Virus record (IMG/VR): IMGVR_UViG_3300021964_009390
Coordinates: 158,462-222,461 of that record
Length of the DNA stretch: 64,000 nucleotides
Reading direction: 5' to 3' (one strand)
Part shown: one piece after another, positions 1 to 10,195 of the stretch
Numbering within the stretch: the stretch's first letter is position 1
How the letters are laid out: each line of letters opens with the position of its first letter
Made by a program: the position numbers and the translations under genes
Notes under the pieces: model-generated
The model's input: only the letters and a program-made list of their open reading frames with translations
The model's database searches: none
What the model was told of the DNA's origin: nothing

Positions 1-187
1 CTATCAAATCACCCTCGGTGAGTAACTGTTGGGTTTTAGATAAACGGTTTAGACGTGACGAATTCTTACCCCCAACAAAAGCACCACTATTAGGTACTCT
101 TTCAAAATTTAATTTAAAATAATCGGAAAGATACTTAGCAACTTCACGTTCACCTCGATTACCTTTTCCTTTACTTTTACTGGGCAT
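1..187 (-). CDS. Holliday-junction resolvase, Hjc-like PD-(D/E)XK family (partial; runs off the window start; not in the ORF track)
   Basis: Hand translation from ATG 187 (minus): MPSKSKGKGNRGEREVAKYLSDYFKLNFERVPNSGAFVGGKN...TEGDLI. This fits the KG..gERE / RVP.SGA / GD pattern of phage Hjc-like resolvases. TGTAAATA late motif 6 nt upstream. Confidence 0.7.
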   Translation of the reverse strand, partial: MPSKSKGKGNRGEREVAKYLSDYFKLNFERVPNSGAFVGGKNSSRLNRLSKTQQLLTEGDLI

Positions 188-195
188 TCATTTAT

Positions 196-420
196 TTACA
201 GTACATTTTTAAGATTTCTACGCAATATGGTCAATTGCTCCCTTTTAACCTTACGTTTACTACGTTTTTTACGCTTAGTTACAGGTTTAAAACCAATAAA
301 AGTAGGTATTCTCGCATCACCATCAGCATAACCACCACCAACATCACCAAATACACCCCCTGCACCGGCTACATTATCTTCATTGATAGTTTTAACGAAA
401 TAACTTTTAAATAGATTCAT
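196..420 (-). CDS. Small late protein, possible internal head protein
   Basis: 74 aa. N-terminus MNLFKSYFVKTINE, then a Gly-rich segment and a basic tail (KRKKRSKRKVKR). CATAAATA on minus at 452-459. Confidence 0.55.
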   Translation of the reverse strand: MNLFKSYFVKTINEDNVAGAGGVFGDVGGGYADGDARIPTFIGFKPVTKRKKRSKRKVKREQLTILRRNLKNVL

Positions 421-448
421 GGATTATGTGTGTAAAGTATACTATAAT
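420..448 (+). promoter_or_regulatory. Sigma70-like promoter of uvsY
   Basis: TGGATT(420-425)-N17-TATAAT(443-448); ATG 9 nt downstream. Confidence 0.55.
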
Positions 449-456
449 AAGTATTT

Positions 457-852
457 ATGGATGTAATAGAGCAATATATACTAGAACTTGAAAAAGATGT
501 TAAGTTGGACCAGTTCAACATACGGGATTGCCAAATGAAACTACCGGCATACAAGCATAAATGGGTAGGTCGTCTGATGAGACACAAGCACGAAGTAGTA
601 AAACTAAACCAAAAGAAACAATCTCTTAAAAAAACAGTCGTGAACAAGATACAAAGCGCTAGTACATACAAGGTATCAAAACCAGCTGCAGAAAAAGCGG
701 CTAGTACACATGATAGTATAGTGGATATAACCAATAAGATAGATGAACTCAACGTAATCATTGAATTTTTAGAAAAATCCGAGCGGATACTGAGCAGCAT
801 GACGTTTGATATAAAAAACCTTGTAGAAATCATGAAACTAGAAACAACATGA
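457..852 (+). CDS. uvsY: Recombination mediator UvsY
   Basis: 131-aa helical protein ending FDIKNLVEIMKLE (UvsY-type C-terminus); overlaps the uvsW start (ATGA). Confidence 0.75.
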   Translation: MDVIEQYILELEKDVKLDQFNIRDCQMKLPAYKHKWVGRLMRHKHEVVKLNQKKQSLKKTVVNKIQSASTYKVSKPAAEKAASTHDSIVDITNKIDELNVIIEFLEKSERILSSMTFDIKNLVEIMKLETT

Positions 853-2309
853 ACAAGTTGGTACAGCTGAGTTGGGATAATACTAAAAATGTTGCTATTA
901 TCAAGTGTGATCCAGATCTATTTGGTCACATCAGAGAACAATTCAGTATACCGAACAAGCAATACAGATTTCAGCGTCGTTTCTCCCGATACACCCCTAA
1001 GAGGTTGTATGCTATCACACCAACTGGTCGCTTTTTACCTGGAATATTTTATGAAATAAAGAAATTTATAAATGATACATACAACAACATATCATTTGGT
1101 TATAGTAATGTGTTTTTAAACAACATAAAACCCCGATATTTTATAGATGATCTAGCCAGTTTACGATTAGATTTAAGAGACTATCAACAAAATATAGTAA
1201 AAAAATGCCTGCAAATAGGTAGAGGTGTAGTAGTACTAGCCACTGCCGGTGGTAAAACCCTCACAACAGCATGCTTGGTAGAGTCTATATATAAAAAATG
1301 TGAAAAAACTAACGATTTTAAATGTTTAGTGATAGTACCCACTCTAAATCTAGTACATCAAACACATTCAGATTTTGAAGACTACAATGTATCATTCACA
1401 ACATGTAAATGGACCGGTGATGAACCGTTAGACCCGACATCCAATGTGATTGTAGCCAATGTAGGTATCTTACAAAGCTCAAAAACAGATATTGACTGGA
1501 TAAAATACATAGATCTATTAGTCGTTGATGAAGTACACATGCTAAGAAAAGGTAATAAAATAAACAAACTTGTGTCAAGTATCATAACCCCTAACAAATA
1601 CGGTCTGACTGGTACTTTACCAGAATGTAAGTTAGATCAATGGAATATATACGGCTTGATAGGACCTAAATTATACGAGAAATCGAGCAAAGATTTGAGA
1701 GATCAAGAATTTATAGGTAATGTACAGGCACAAGTACTCAAATTATCTTACAACCAATCACCGGAGCATTGCACCAACCCTAATGATAGATACAGAAAAG
1801 AAGTAGAATTTTTAACAAAAAATACATACAGAAATAAACTAATTGCACGACTATGTAAGAATTTTAAAAACAATTGTTTAATAATGGTAGATTATATAGA
1901 ACATGGTCAGTTAATCCATGACAACATAATAGAACAAAACCCAGACAAACAAGTATATTATATAAAAGGAGATGTAGAGATTGAAGAGCGAGAGAAGATA
2001 AGACAGTTGATGGAACAACATGATGATATAGCTATTGTAGCAATATCAAAAATATTCTCCACTGGAATCAATATTAAAAATTTACACTATATTGTTTTTG
2101 CTGGTGGTGGTAAAGCTAAAATAAAAATAATACAAAGTATAGGAAGAGGTTTAAGATTGCATAATGGTAAGAAAGATCTTATAATAGTAGATATTATGGA
2201 CCAACTAACATATGGGATCAAACATGGGCAAAAAAGACTCACTTTATATGACGATGAAAAAATCAAATACAACATCAAAACCGTTGAAGAAACGAAAACG
2301 AGCGAGTAG
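849..2309 (+). CDS. uvsW: SF2 DNA helicase UvsW
   Basis: LRDYQ Q-motif, Walker A ATAGGKT, DEVH, GLTGT, STGINI, QSIGRGLR. Confidence 0.95.
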   Translation: MNKLVQLSWDNTKNVAIIKCDPDLFGHIREQFSIPNKQYRFQRRFSRYTPKRLYAITPTGRFLPGIFYEIKKFINDTYNNISFGYSNVFLNNIKPRYFIDDLASLRLDLRDYQQNIVKKCLQIGRGVVVLATAGGKTLTTACLVESIYKKCEKTNDFKCLVIVPTLNLVHQTHSDFEDYNVSFTTCKWTGDEPLDPTSNVIVANVGILQSSKTDIDWIKYIDLLVVDEVHMLRKGNKINKLVSSIITPNKYGLTGTLPECKLDQWNIYGLIGPKLYEKSSKDLRDQEFIGNVQAQVLKLSYNQSPEHCTNPNDRYRKEVEFLTKNTYRNKLIARLCKNFKNNCLIMVDYIEHGQLIHDNIIEQNPDKQVYYIKGDVEIEEREKIRQLMEQHDDIAIVAISKIFSTGINIKNLHYIVFAGGGKAKIKIIQSIGRGLRLHNGKKDLIIVDIMDQLTYGIKHGQKRLTLYDDEKIKYNIKTVEETKTSE

Positions 2310-2727
2310 AAAAGACACAAACACTTACGTAAACCAGAAAGAGTTTATGGAAGCCCTCCGTGTGTATTACGATACTGATGAAATTAGCACCGAACTCGCT
2401 ACATACGTTAAGAAAATTGCTGAAGGGCTATCATATGCACCAAATTTTATAAATTATACTTATAAAGACGAGATGGTTGGTGACGCTATACTCAAAATGA
2501 TGCAGGCACTAGAGTATAAAAAATTTGACTTAGAGAACAGAGACAATCCTTTTGGTTATTTTACAACAATCGCGTTTCATGCTTTTATTAATCGAATTAA
2601 AAAAGAAAAAAAGCAACGCGAAACAATTAATGATTACCAGGAACAAGTGTATCAAGAGTTGATGAATGACGGTTCATCAGCGACAGGTGCGCATGTATAC
2701 ATAGCTGATAGTACAGACGACGAATAA
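2254..2727 (+). CDS. gp55: Late-transcription sigma factor gp55
   Basis: YVNQKEF...KIAEGLSYAPNFINYTYKDEMVGDA...NPFGYFTTIAFHAFINRIKKEKKQ is the gp55 signature. Start uncertain (track 2212; ATGs at 2248/2254). Confidence 0.92.
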   Translation: MKKSNTTSKPLKKRKRASRKDTNTYVNQKEFMEALRVYYDTDEISTELATYVKKIAEGLSYAPNFINYTYKDEMVGDAILKMMQALEYKKFDLENRDNPFGYFTTIAFHAFINRIKKEKKQRETINDYQEQVYQELMNDGSSATGAHVYIADSTDDE

Positions 2728-2743
2728 TCTTGATTGTATATTG

Positions 2744-3805
2744 ATGAATTTAAACAACTTTCAGTTTAAACATCATGAAGTATGTTGTATATCTGATATC
2801 CATATTGGAGTGCATCAGAATAGTCAGATGTGGTTGGATATATGTGATGAATGGGGAGATTGGTTACTAGATGAACTGAAATCTAAAAATATAAAAGATA
2901 TAATCATATGTGGTGATTTATTTCACTATAGAGATGAGATTGCTGTAAACACCATACACCACGTGACGGACTTTTTACATAAGTTTAATGAATTTAATAT
3001 AATAATGTTGGTGGGTAACCATGATGCATACTACAAGGATCGTTCAGATGTTAACAGTATGAGTATATTGTCCGGGTGGAACAATATATGTGTGGTTGAT
3101 AAGGATATATATGTACATGAGCATGGTTCTAACCGTCTGGCTTTTGCCCCATGGGGCGTTACCGCGGATCAAATTCCGAACTGTGATATATTGTTCGGTC
3201 ATTTTGAAATTGAGAACTTTAACTTGTCTCAACACTTTGTATGTAAGCATGGTATAAAATCGAAAAGTCTTCTGGATAAAACAGATCTAGTGATAACCGG
3301 ACATTTTCATACCAGAGAACAACGAGAGTATAGGAATGGGCAAATTGTATATCTAGGTAATCCGTATCAAATGGATTTTGGTGATTCTGGACAGACTAAA
3401 GGTTACTATATACTAGATATTAATAATAAAAAGTACAATTTCTGTGAAAATAAAATATCCCCTACACATGAAAAAATAACATTAAGCGGTCTAGTAGAGC
3501 ATGGAGATATTGACAATCATATTATAAATAAAATATCAAACAACATAGTACGTTTTGTTGTAGATAAGAACATATCACCTGATGAGATAGAACAGCTGTT
3601 AAGAATTTTAAGTTCATACAAGCCATTGATTCTCACTACAGATTACAACATAAATTTTGATAGATTTGGTTTATCTGACGAAGATACCGATTTAAGCGGA
3701 GTTAGCATAGAATCTGCAATAGATGAATTTGTAAATTTATTAGATATAAACAATAAAGAAAAAATAATACAATATACAACAAATTTATACAATCGTTGTA
3801 AATGA
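2744..3805 (+). CDS. gp47: Recombination nuclease subunit gp47 (Mre11/SbcD-like)
   Basis: Metallophosphoesterase motifs SDIHIG, GDLFH, GNHD, GHFE, GHFH; adjacent to gp46. Confidence 0.93.
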   Translation: MNLNNFQFKHHEVCCISDIHIGVHQNSQMWLDICDEWGDWLLDELKSKNIKDIIICGDLFHYRDEIAVNTIHHVTDFLHKFNEFNIIMLVGNHDAYYKDRSDVNSMSILSGWNNICVVDKDIYVHEHGSNRLAFAPWGVTADQIPNCDILFGHFEIENFNLSQHFVCKHGIKSKSLLDKTDLVITGHFHTREQREYRNGQIVYLGNPYQMDFGDSGQTKGYYILDINNKKYNFCENKISPTHEKITLSGLVEHGDIDNHIINKISNNIVRFVVDKNISPDEIEQLLRILSSYKPLILTTDYNINFDRFGLSDEDTDLSGVSIESAIDEFVNLLDINNKEKIIQYTTNLYNRCK

Positions 3806-3822
3806 ACTAGATAATATTTGAT

Positions 3823-5661
3823 ATGAAACATATACAGTTTAGAAAATTATCAATCAAAAATTTTTTATCGGTCGGAGATACACCAGTAGAAATAGACTTC
3901 CGGCCAGGTCTGCATATCATAACAGGTATAAATAAAGACAAGGTTGACCGCCGCAATGGTGTGGGTAAAAGTACTATCGCCGATGCTTTATATTTTGCAC
4001 TGTATGGTAGTACATTGAGGGAGTTAAAAAAAGAGTTTATATGTAATAATATATCCCCTGGTAGATGTGAAGTATCGTTGTCAATAGAGATACAAGACAA
4101 GCAAAAAAGTACAGAATATAGAATAACTAGACTATTAAATCCAACCAAGTGTTATATCTACAAGGATGGCGAAGACTGTACTCGAGACACAATATTACAT
4201 ACAACAGACTTTATCAACAACCTCATAAACACTTCTGAGGATGTGTTTCAAAACTGTATATTAATGACAGTAAACAACACAATACCTTTCATGGCAAAGA
4301 AACGCATAGATAAGCGAAAATTTATAGAAGGTATATTAAATTTAGAAGTTTTTAGCGGTATGATAACCATGTTGAGAAATGAATATAACGAAAAGCGCCG
4401 TGAATTAGAAACTGAATGTACCGTGTTTGATGAAGTTCAAAACTCTCTTAAAAATTATAATGAACAAAAAAACTTACATGACAATAGCAAGTATGAAAAA
4501 CTTAAAAAGTATAAGACAAGACAACAGGACAACATAGCAGAGTTACGAGATATAGAAAGTAAAATTAAAAATACAAAACTGCTAGACTCGACAGAATATA
4601 TAACTAAATCAGACATTCTAGAAAAAAGGCTAGCGGCATGCAAGAGTAAGACATCTAAAATAAACACTGAAATTATAGAGAAAAAAACAAACATCAATAT
4701 ATCATTAAAACAGCTAGAAACTCTGTCTGGTGTGAAATCAGAACCAATATGTCCTACATGCTTGAGAAAAATAGATCATGACGACATAACACATATTGAA
4801 CAAGAAAAAATAAATATAAAACAAAACATAAAAACATATAAACAAGCGGTAGATGATAGTACATGTGAGTATAATGATTTAATAAACGTAAAAACTGAAC
4901 TTGAAGACCGGATAGACAAAAATAACGATTCCATATCACAAGCTAAACTAGTCGAACAACAACTAGAGAGTTACAACACTCGTAAAGAACAACTGAACAA
5001 CTGGCAGACTGAGTTGAAACAAGACATACAAGAATTGAACAACCAATCCAATCAATTCGATACTTTAATAAAAGATACCGAGTCTAGAATAACTTCAATT
5101 AAAGATAACATTAATAATATAAAAGAAAATATAAAAGATTTAGATGTTGTGAAGTTTGTTGTATCGGAGGAAGGGGTAAAATCATACATTGTAAAAAAGA
5201 TATTGCAGTTGTTGAACAATAAACTATCATATTACTTGAAAAAAATGGATAGTAATTGTGTTTTATTTTTCAATGAGTATTTTGAAGAACAAATCGTAGA
5301 TGACAAAGGCAAAATATGTAGCTACTTCAATTTTAGTGGAGCTGAACGAAAAAATATAGATCTCGCATGCTTATTCACATTTATGGATATACGGAGACTG
5401 CAAGGAGATGTAGCATTCAACGTGAGTGTATATGACGAACTGTTTGATAGTAGCTTGGACGAGAAGGGTGTTGACCTTGTCATACAAATATTAAAAGAGA
5501 GACTAGAAAAATATAATGAATGTATGTATGTAATATCTCATCGAAAGGAAAGTGTTAATTTCACCACACAAGCCGAAATAAGAGATGGTGATATAATTTT
5601 CCTCAAAAAAGAGAACGGTATAACCACGAGGGTACCATTCACAAGAGACAAGTCTAACTAA
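3823..5661 (+). CDS. gp46: Recombination ATPase gp46 (Rad50/SbcC-like)
   Basis: Walker A NGVGKST, long coiled coil with CPTC zinc hook, FSGAE signature, DELFDSSLD Walker B/D-loop, SH motif. Confidence 0.95.
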   Translation: MKHIQFRKLSIKNFLSVGDTPVEIDFRPGLHIITGINKDKVDRRNGVGKSTIADALYFALYGSTLRELKKEFICNNISPGRCEVSLSIEIQDKQKSTEYRITRLLNPTKCYIYKDGEDCTRDTILHTTDFINNLINTSEDVFQNCILMTVNNTIPFMAKKRIDKRKFIEGILNLEVFSGMITMLRNEYNEKRRELETECTVFDEVQNSLKNYNEQKNLHDNSKYEKLKKYKTRQQDNIAELRDIESKIKNTKLLDSTEYITKSDILEKRLAACKSKTSKINTEIIEKKTNINISLKQLETLSGVKSEPICPTCLRKIDHDDITHIEQEKINIKQNIKTYKQAVDDSTCEYNDLINVKTELEDRIDKNNDSISQAKLVEQQLESYNTRKEQLNNWQTELKQDIQELNNQSNQFDTLIKDTESRITSIKDNINNIKENIKDLDVVKFVVSEEGVKSYIVKKILQLLNNKLSYYLKKMDSNCVLFFNEYFEEQIVDDKGKICSYFNFSGAERKNIDLACLFTFMDIRRLQGDVAFNVSVYDELFDSSLDEKGVDLVIQILKERLEKYNECMYVISHRKESVNFTTQAEIRDGDIIFLKKENGITTRVPFTRDKSN

Positions 5662-5662
5662 A

Positions 5663-6808
5663 ATGTTTGTAAATCCATTAAACCCTACCGGAAACACTTC
5701 ATTTCAGTTCAACAAACCGGCACCTACCACACCACCAACTTCAAAATTACCGGAAAATACACTGCCTAGATTTTTAAATTTCGTTGCTGATTACACCGGA
5801 TGTGGCCATTGGAGAATGTTGTGGCCGGAACAAATACTGAACAGTTACAGAATGTGTGTGATGCAAAGCTCTACCATGATGGTGACAGATCCCAAGCATT
5901 TTTCTGGTGTGAGAACTGTTAGAGTACAGAGACAAGCGAGCCCTACACAGGAAAAATACTTAAATTATTTGAAAAATAATCTCGGTATCCGATTGGTATA
6001 TGATATTGATGATGTATGTTTTGGAGAGGATATTCCACATTATAATCCGTTCCGGACTGCTTTTACAGACCCGGTCATAATTGACGGTATCAAACGTATG
6101 ATGGAACTTTGCGATGAGATGACAGTTACAACTCCAGCTCTTAAAAAATATTATCAAGACAATACAAATCAAAAAAACATAACAGTTATACCAAATTACC
6201 CACCAAGATTCTGGATAGGTAACATGTATAATACCAAGCAAAGAAGTAAAATTTATGACAAGCATGCGAAAAAACCTAGGATACTTTACGCCGGGAGTAG
6301 TTCACATTTTGATATAAAAAATAATAATCAACACATCGATGATTTGTCACATGTGAATAGTTATATAATAAAAACACTCAACAAATATCAATGGGTGTTT
6401 GTAGGAGGGATCCCATACCAATTGAAATCATACGTGAACAGTGGTAAGATTGAGTATCATAAATGGAACCATTTGTATGATTACCCATATGAAATATCTA
6501 AATTAGAAATAACTGCATCGATTGTACCTCTACAAGACAACCAATTCAATCGCGGTAAAAGTGATATAAAATTTTTAGAATGTGCAGCTTTGGGTATCCC
6601 GACTGTGTGTCAAGACATAGGAGTTTACAATAAATGTAAACATTTATTCAAGACAGTAGACTGTTTAGATGAACAGCTCAACACATTACTATCTACAAAG
6701 AAACATTACATGTCAACATGTGATAGAAATCACGCGCATGTGTGTAGTATGTGGTTAGAAAACGAAAACAATAGAAACAAATATTTAAAAATATATCAGG
6801 TTGATTAA
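5663..6808 (+). CDS. GT-B fold glycosyltransferase (GT4-like)
   Basis: GCGHWRM, YDIDD, TVTTPAL, VIPN, ILYAGS.SH, PLQDNQFNRGKSDIKFLECAALGIP donor-binding C-terminal motif. Confidence 0.8.
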   Translation: MFVNPLNPTGNTSFQFNKPAPTTPPTSKLPENTLPRFLNFVADYTGCGHWRMLWPEQILNSYRMCVMQSSTMMVTDPKHFSGVRTVRVQRQASPTQEKYLNYLKNNLGIRLVYDIDDVCFGEDIPHYNPFRTAFTDPVIIDGIKRMMELCDEMTVTTPALKKYYQDNTNQKNITVIPNYPPRFWIGNMYNTKQRSKIYDKHAKKPRILYAGSSSHFDIKNNNQHIDDLSHVNSYIIKTLNKYQWVFVGGIPYQLKSYVNSGKIEYHKWNHLYDYPYEISKLEITASIVPLQDNQFNRGKSDIKFLECAALGIPTVCQDIGVYNKCKHLFKTVDCLDEQLNTLLSTKKHYMSTCDRNHAHVCSMWLENENNRNKYLKIYQVD

Positions 6809-6820
6809 CAGATGTGGTAA

Positions 6821-6828
6821 TATAAATA
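6821..6828 (+). promoter_or_regulatory. T4-type late promoter
   Basis: Perfect TATAAATA, ATG 6 nt downstream. Confidence 0.7.
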
Positions 6829-6833
6829 GTAAC

Positions 6834-7052
6834 ATGCCAACAACTAAAAAAGCAAAAACTACAAAAACTTCAGCCCCAGACTACAAAATCGTACTTGAAG
6901 AAGTGTTAGATCTGAGCTCAGCTCTAGTTAGAGAGATTGACAACATTATGGAGTCACAATTACCACCGGCTCAAGTTGGTAAAGTTTTAGGTGATGTGGT
7001 TTCCGGATTTCAACAGAGACTAGAAGAATATAAAGTATCCGCGAAACTATAA
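6834..7052 (+). CDS. Small hypothetical late protein
   Basis: Track ORF 6801-7052; ATG 6834 lies 6 nt after a perfect TATAAATA (6821-6828). Confidence 0.6.
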   Translation: MPTTKKAKTTKTSAPDYKIVLEEVLDLSSALVREIDNIMESQLPPAQVGKVLGDVVSGFQQRLEEYKVSAKL

Positions 7053-7059
7053 ATTTATA

Positions 7060-7088
7060 TTGATATATTCACATATATACTCTATAAT
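7060..7088 (+). promoter_or_regulatory. Sigma70 promoter of gp43
   Basis: TTGATA-N17-TATAAT; GTG 7 nt downstream. Confidence 0.8.
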
Positions 7089-7094
7089 TAGAGT

Positions 7095-9701
7095 GTGTAT
7101 AGGAATATAATTTACGACGCTAAAAACGAAACGTGTAAACTCTTCACGTGGGACAACTCTGGAAACCGGGTGTGTTATGACACGAGTTTCAACCCGTATG
7201 TGTACTATGAAACTAATGGTAAATCTAACGGTAAGAGCATATTCAATACCGCGGTAAAAAAACGATCATTCCGGACACAATACGATCGATACAAATTTGT
7301 AAAAGACTGCGGTGTAAAAAGGGTATTTGAAAATATACCTAGTGAACAACAATTTTTAATAGATCAGTACTGGGAAAAAAACGAATCTCCGGAATTCACA
7401 GAAAATCCTTTGAAGGTATTATTTATAGACATTGAAACATACAGCCCAGATTCATTTCCAGATGTAGATAACCCCTCTCACCCAATCAATGTAGTAACCA
7501 TATACGATACATTACAAAATAAATTTTATTCTTGGGGTACCAAACAATACGATACTACAGATATTGAAACACCCGGTGGTAGCATTGTTAAAAAAGACAT
7601 ATTATACTATCATTGCAAAACAGAAGTTGAGATGCTACGTCGCTTCTTGGATTATATAAAAAATGATTACCCGGATATCATAACTGGTTGGAATAGTGAA
7701 TTATTTGACATACCATACATAATTTCACGAATGGGTCGTATCTTGGATGAGAATGAATATAAACAACTGAGCCCTGTAGGTGAAGTGTTCTGCCGTGAGA
7801 TCGCCGGTCAGTTTGGCAAGAGCCGTTTCCGGTGGTATATAAAAGGTGTTTCTAGTTTAGATTACCTAGATATATACAAGAAATTCAGCATGGGTCTCCG
7901 GGAGAATTACAAACTCGACACCATTGCACAGTTCGAACTAGGTGATAAAAAAATAGACTATGGCGGTATGAATCTAGCTCAATTAGCAGATGAAAATTGG
8001 AAAACATTCGTAGACTACAACATACAAGACGTAAACCTACTTGTCCGGATGGAAGAGAAGTTGCAGTACCTTAAACTGCTGAGAATGTTGGCGTATGTGG
8101 GACTATCACCACTAGAAAGCGCCATGGGGACATTAACTGTAATCACAGGTGCATCCGTCATACAAGCACGTAAAGACGGCTATGTAATACCAACATTTAT
8201 AAAAGAAAACACAAAAGATGGTAAATACGAAGGAGCGTATGTAGGAGAACCAGAGCGTGGTTTTCAACAAGACATTGTAAGTTTTGATGCTAACAGTCTA
8301 TATCCTAGTACCATGATAACACTGAATTTGTCACCGGAAACTAAAATAGGTTCTGTTGTAGAGAAAACCCCGGATCATATAACAGTGAAGCATGTGAACG
8401 GTAAGTTATTCAATTTATCACACGATAAATTCTTAAAATTCATCAAAAAAGAAAAAATAGCTATAACAAAAGCTAAAGCACTGTTTAGCCAAAAAACAAA
8501 AGGCATCATACCTAAAATTGTAGACAAGCTGTATGCGCAACGTGTTGAGTTCAAAAAGGAATTGGATAGAACACGCCGTGAGTTATCAAAACTTGATCCC
8601 GAAACATCAGAATATCAAAACAAAAAAAATGAATCTGAAACTTGGTGGGTAAAACAATATACAGTAAAAATATTGATCAACAGTATATACGGTTACTTCG
8701 GTAACAAATATGCACCTATGGGAGACAGTGACATCGCGCGAAGCATAACATTAACTGGCCAAGCTGTTATCAAGCAATCAAATAAAATACTGTATGATTA
8801 TATAAAACAAATGACAGGTAATGACAACTTACGTGTTGAAGATGTAGTCAAATATAATGATACGGACTCAAGCTACATTAGTATAAAATGTATAAATGAC
8901 AGCAAATCTCTTGAGCTGTGTGAATCCGGTAAAGTTGCTGATCATACATATAAAATAGTACAAGACATTGAGGATCATTTGAACGTGGAGATTACTAAAT
9001 GGGCTCAACGTAATTTAAATAGTCACGATCCCCGGTTCGTTTTCAAACGAGAGTGTATAGCAGATGTAGGTATGTTTCTAGAAAAAAAGAGATATGTTCT
9101 ACATGTGTTAGATGATGAAGGTATACCTGTTGATAAGTTCAAGTACACCGGTGTAGAGGTAGTGAGAACCACCATACCCGAACCTGTGAAGCCGTATATT
9201 AAGAAAATAATCGAAACAATGCTCACCACTCGAAACCTAGGTGAAACCAACAAGCTGTTGCATGAAACATACGATATATTCAAGAGTTTGGAAGTAGAAG
9301 ACATCGCTTTCGCGATGGGTTGTAAGGAATATGATAAATATGCCAGTAGATGTGATGAGTTTAACACGTGCAAAGGTATGCCGATCCATGTGAAAGCTAG
9401 TTATATACACAACAAAATCTTAGAAAAATTAAATATTGAGAACAAATATGAATCTATCGGTAATGGTGACAAGGTGAGATACTTGTATGTACAACAACCG
9501 AACAGATACGGGGTGAATGCCATAGGTTACAAGTACTATTATCCGGATGAATTCAAAGAAATATTCAAAGTGGATCGAGAATTAATGTTTGACAAGATTG
9601 TATATAGTATCATCGAAAGATTTTACGATTGTGTGAAATGGAAAGCAAAAAAACCTGGCATGGCAGTACAGACTGATTTATTTGAACTGTTCTCTACATG
9701 A
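7095..9701 (+). CDS. gp43: Family B DNA polymerase gp43
   Basis: ExoI FIDIETY, ExoII GWNSELFDIPY, ExoIII YNIQDV, SFDANSLYPS, KILINSIYG, NDTDS, KKRY. GTG start. Confidence 0.97.
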   Translation: MYRNIIYDAKNETCKLFTWDNSGNRVCYDTSFNPYVYYETNGKSNGKSIFNTAVKKRSFRTQYDRYKFVKDCGVKRVFENIPSEQQFLIDQYWEKNESPEFTENPLKVLFIDIETYSPDSFPDVDNPSHPINVVTIYDTLQNKFYSWGTKQYDTTDIETPGGSIVKKDILYYHCKTEVEMLRRFLDYIKNDYPDIITGWNSELFDIPYIISRMGRILDENEYKQLSPVGEVFCREIAGQFGKSRFRWYIKGVSSLDYLDIYKKFSMGLRENYKLDTIAQFELGDKKIDYGGMNLAQLADENWKTFVDYNIQDVNLLVRMEEKLQYLKLLRMLAYVGLSPLESAMGTLTVITGASVIQARKDGYVIPTFIKENTKDGKYEGAYVGEPERGFQQDIVSFDANSLYPSTMITLNLSPETKIGSVVEKTPDHITVKHVNGKLFNLSHDKFLKFIKKEKIAITKAKALFSQKTKGIIPKIVDKLYAQRVEFKKELDRTRRELSKLDPETSEYQNKKNESETWWVKQYTVKILINSIYGYFGNKYAPMGDSDIARSITLTGQAVIKQSNKILYDYIKQMTGNDNLRVEDVVKYNDTDSSYISIKCINDSKSLELCESGKVADHTYKIVQDIEDHLNVEITKWAQRNLNSHDPRFVFKRECIADVGMFLEKKRYVLHVLDDEGIPVDKFKYTGVEVVRTTIPEPVKPYIKKIIETMLTTRNLGETNKLLHETYDIFKSLEVEDIAFAMGCKEYDKYASRCDEFNTCKGMPIHVKASYIHNKILEKLNIENKYESIGNGDKVRYLYVQQPNRYGVNAIGYKYYYPDEFKEIFKVDRELMFDKIVYSIIERFYDCVKWKAKKPGMAVQTDLFELFST

Positions 9702-9728
9702 ACAAATTGTAAAAATATTGAATATATG

Positions 9729-9757
9729 TGGATTTTTGTCATATAATATTATATCAT
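9729..9757 (+). promoter_or_regulatory. Sigma70-like promoter of the 9764 ORF/uvsX
   Basis: TGGATT-N17-TATCAT with ATG 7 nt downstream; an alternative TTGAAT-N18-TATAAT lies at 9718-9747. Confidence 0.55.
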
Positions 9758-9763
9758 ATATAC

Positions 9764-10195
9764 ATGAGCTTAAATTTAAGAGTAATCGTTGACGCCGCCG
9801 GCAGAACCATCATTGGAGAACATGATAATGAAACAGATCAGTCTATTTCATTGAAAAATCCCGCGACTTTGTTTATACAACCTAATCAACAAACTGGACA
9901 ACTAGCAGTACAGTTGATACCTTTCTTTTTTAGAGAGTTTGTTGAAGAAGAGAAACGACCAGAAGGAGTCAGCTGGACATTCGACAAATCCTCGCTCGCA
10001 ACTTCAGAGCAGTTCGGTTTAGACAACAGATTGTTGGACCAATACGAAAAAATGATGACCAAAGAAGCCAATACAAACCCACCACCTATTGAAGATACTG
10101 AAGCTTTCGGCCCAGCTGCCGGAAAAGCAAAAGAAGTGAAATTGTTTGATGAAACTGCCGAAAAAGCAGAAACAGTTGAGCCAGTAGATGGGTAA
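9764..10195 (+). CDS. Hypothetical protein, possibly Sm-like/SH3 fold
   Basis: Pattern TIIGE...ISLKNPATLFIQP...GQLAVQLIPF...WTFDKS...LLDQYEKM resembles small Sm-like beta-barrel proteins of T4-like phages; acidic tail. ATG 9764 preferred over track 9728 because of promoter spacing. Confidence 0.5.
   Translation: MSLNLRVIVDAAGRTIIGEHDNETDQSISLKNPATLFIQPNQQTGQLAVQLIPFFFREFVEEEKRPEGVSWTFDKSSLATSEQFGLDNRLLDQYEKMMTKEANTNPPPIEDTEAFGPAAGKAKEVKLFDETAEKAETVEPVDG

Noticed and set aside
5663-6808. T4-style hmC DNA glucosylation system
   Set aside because: No dCMP hydroxymethylase or dCTPase in the window, and the GT lacks recognisable AGT/BGT features; not excluded genome-wide.
8854-8871. YNDTDS instead of YGDTDS in gp43 motif C as a sign of altered nucleotide use
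   Set aside because: Catalytic DTDS is intact and the preceding residues vary among T4-like polymerases.
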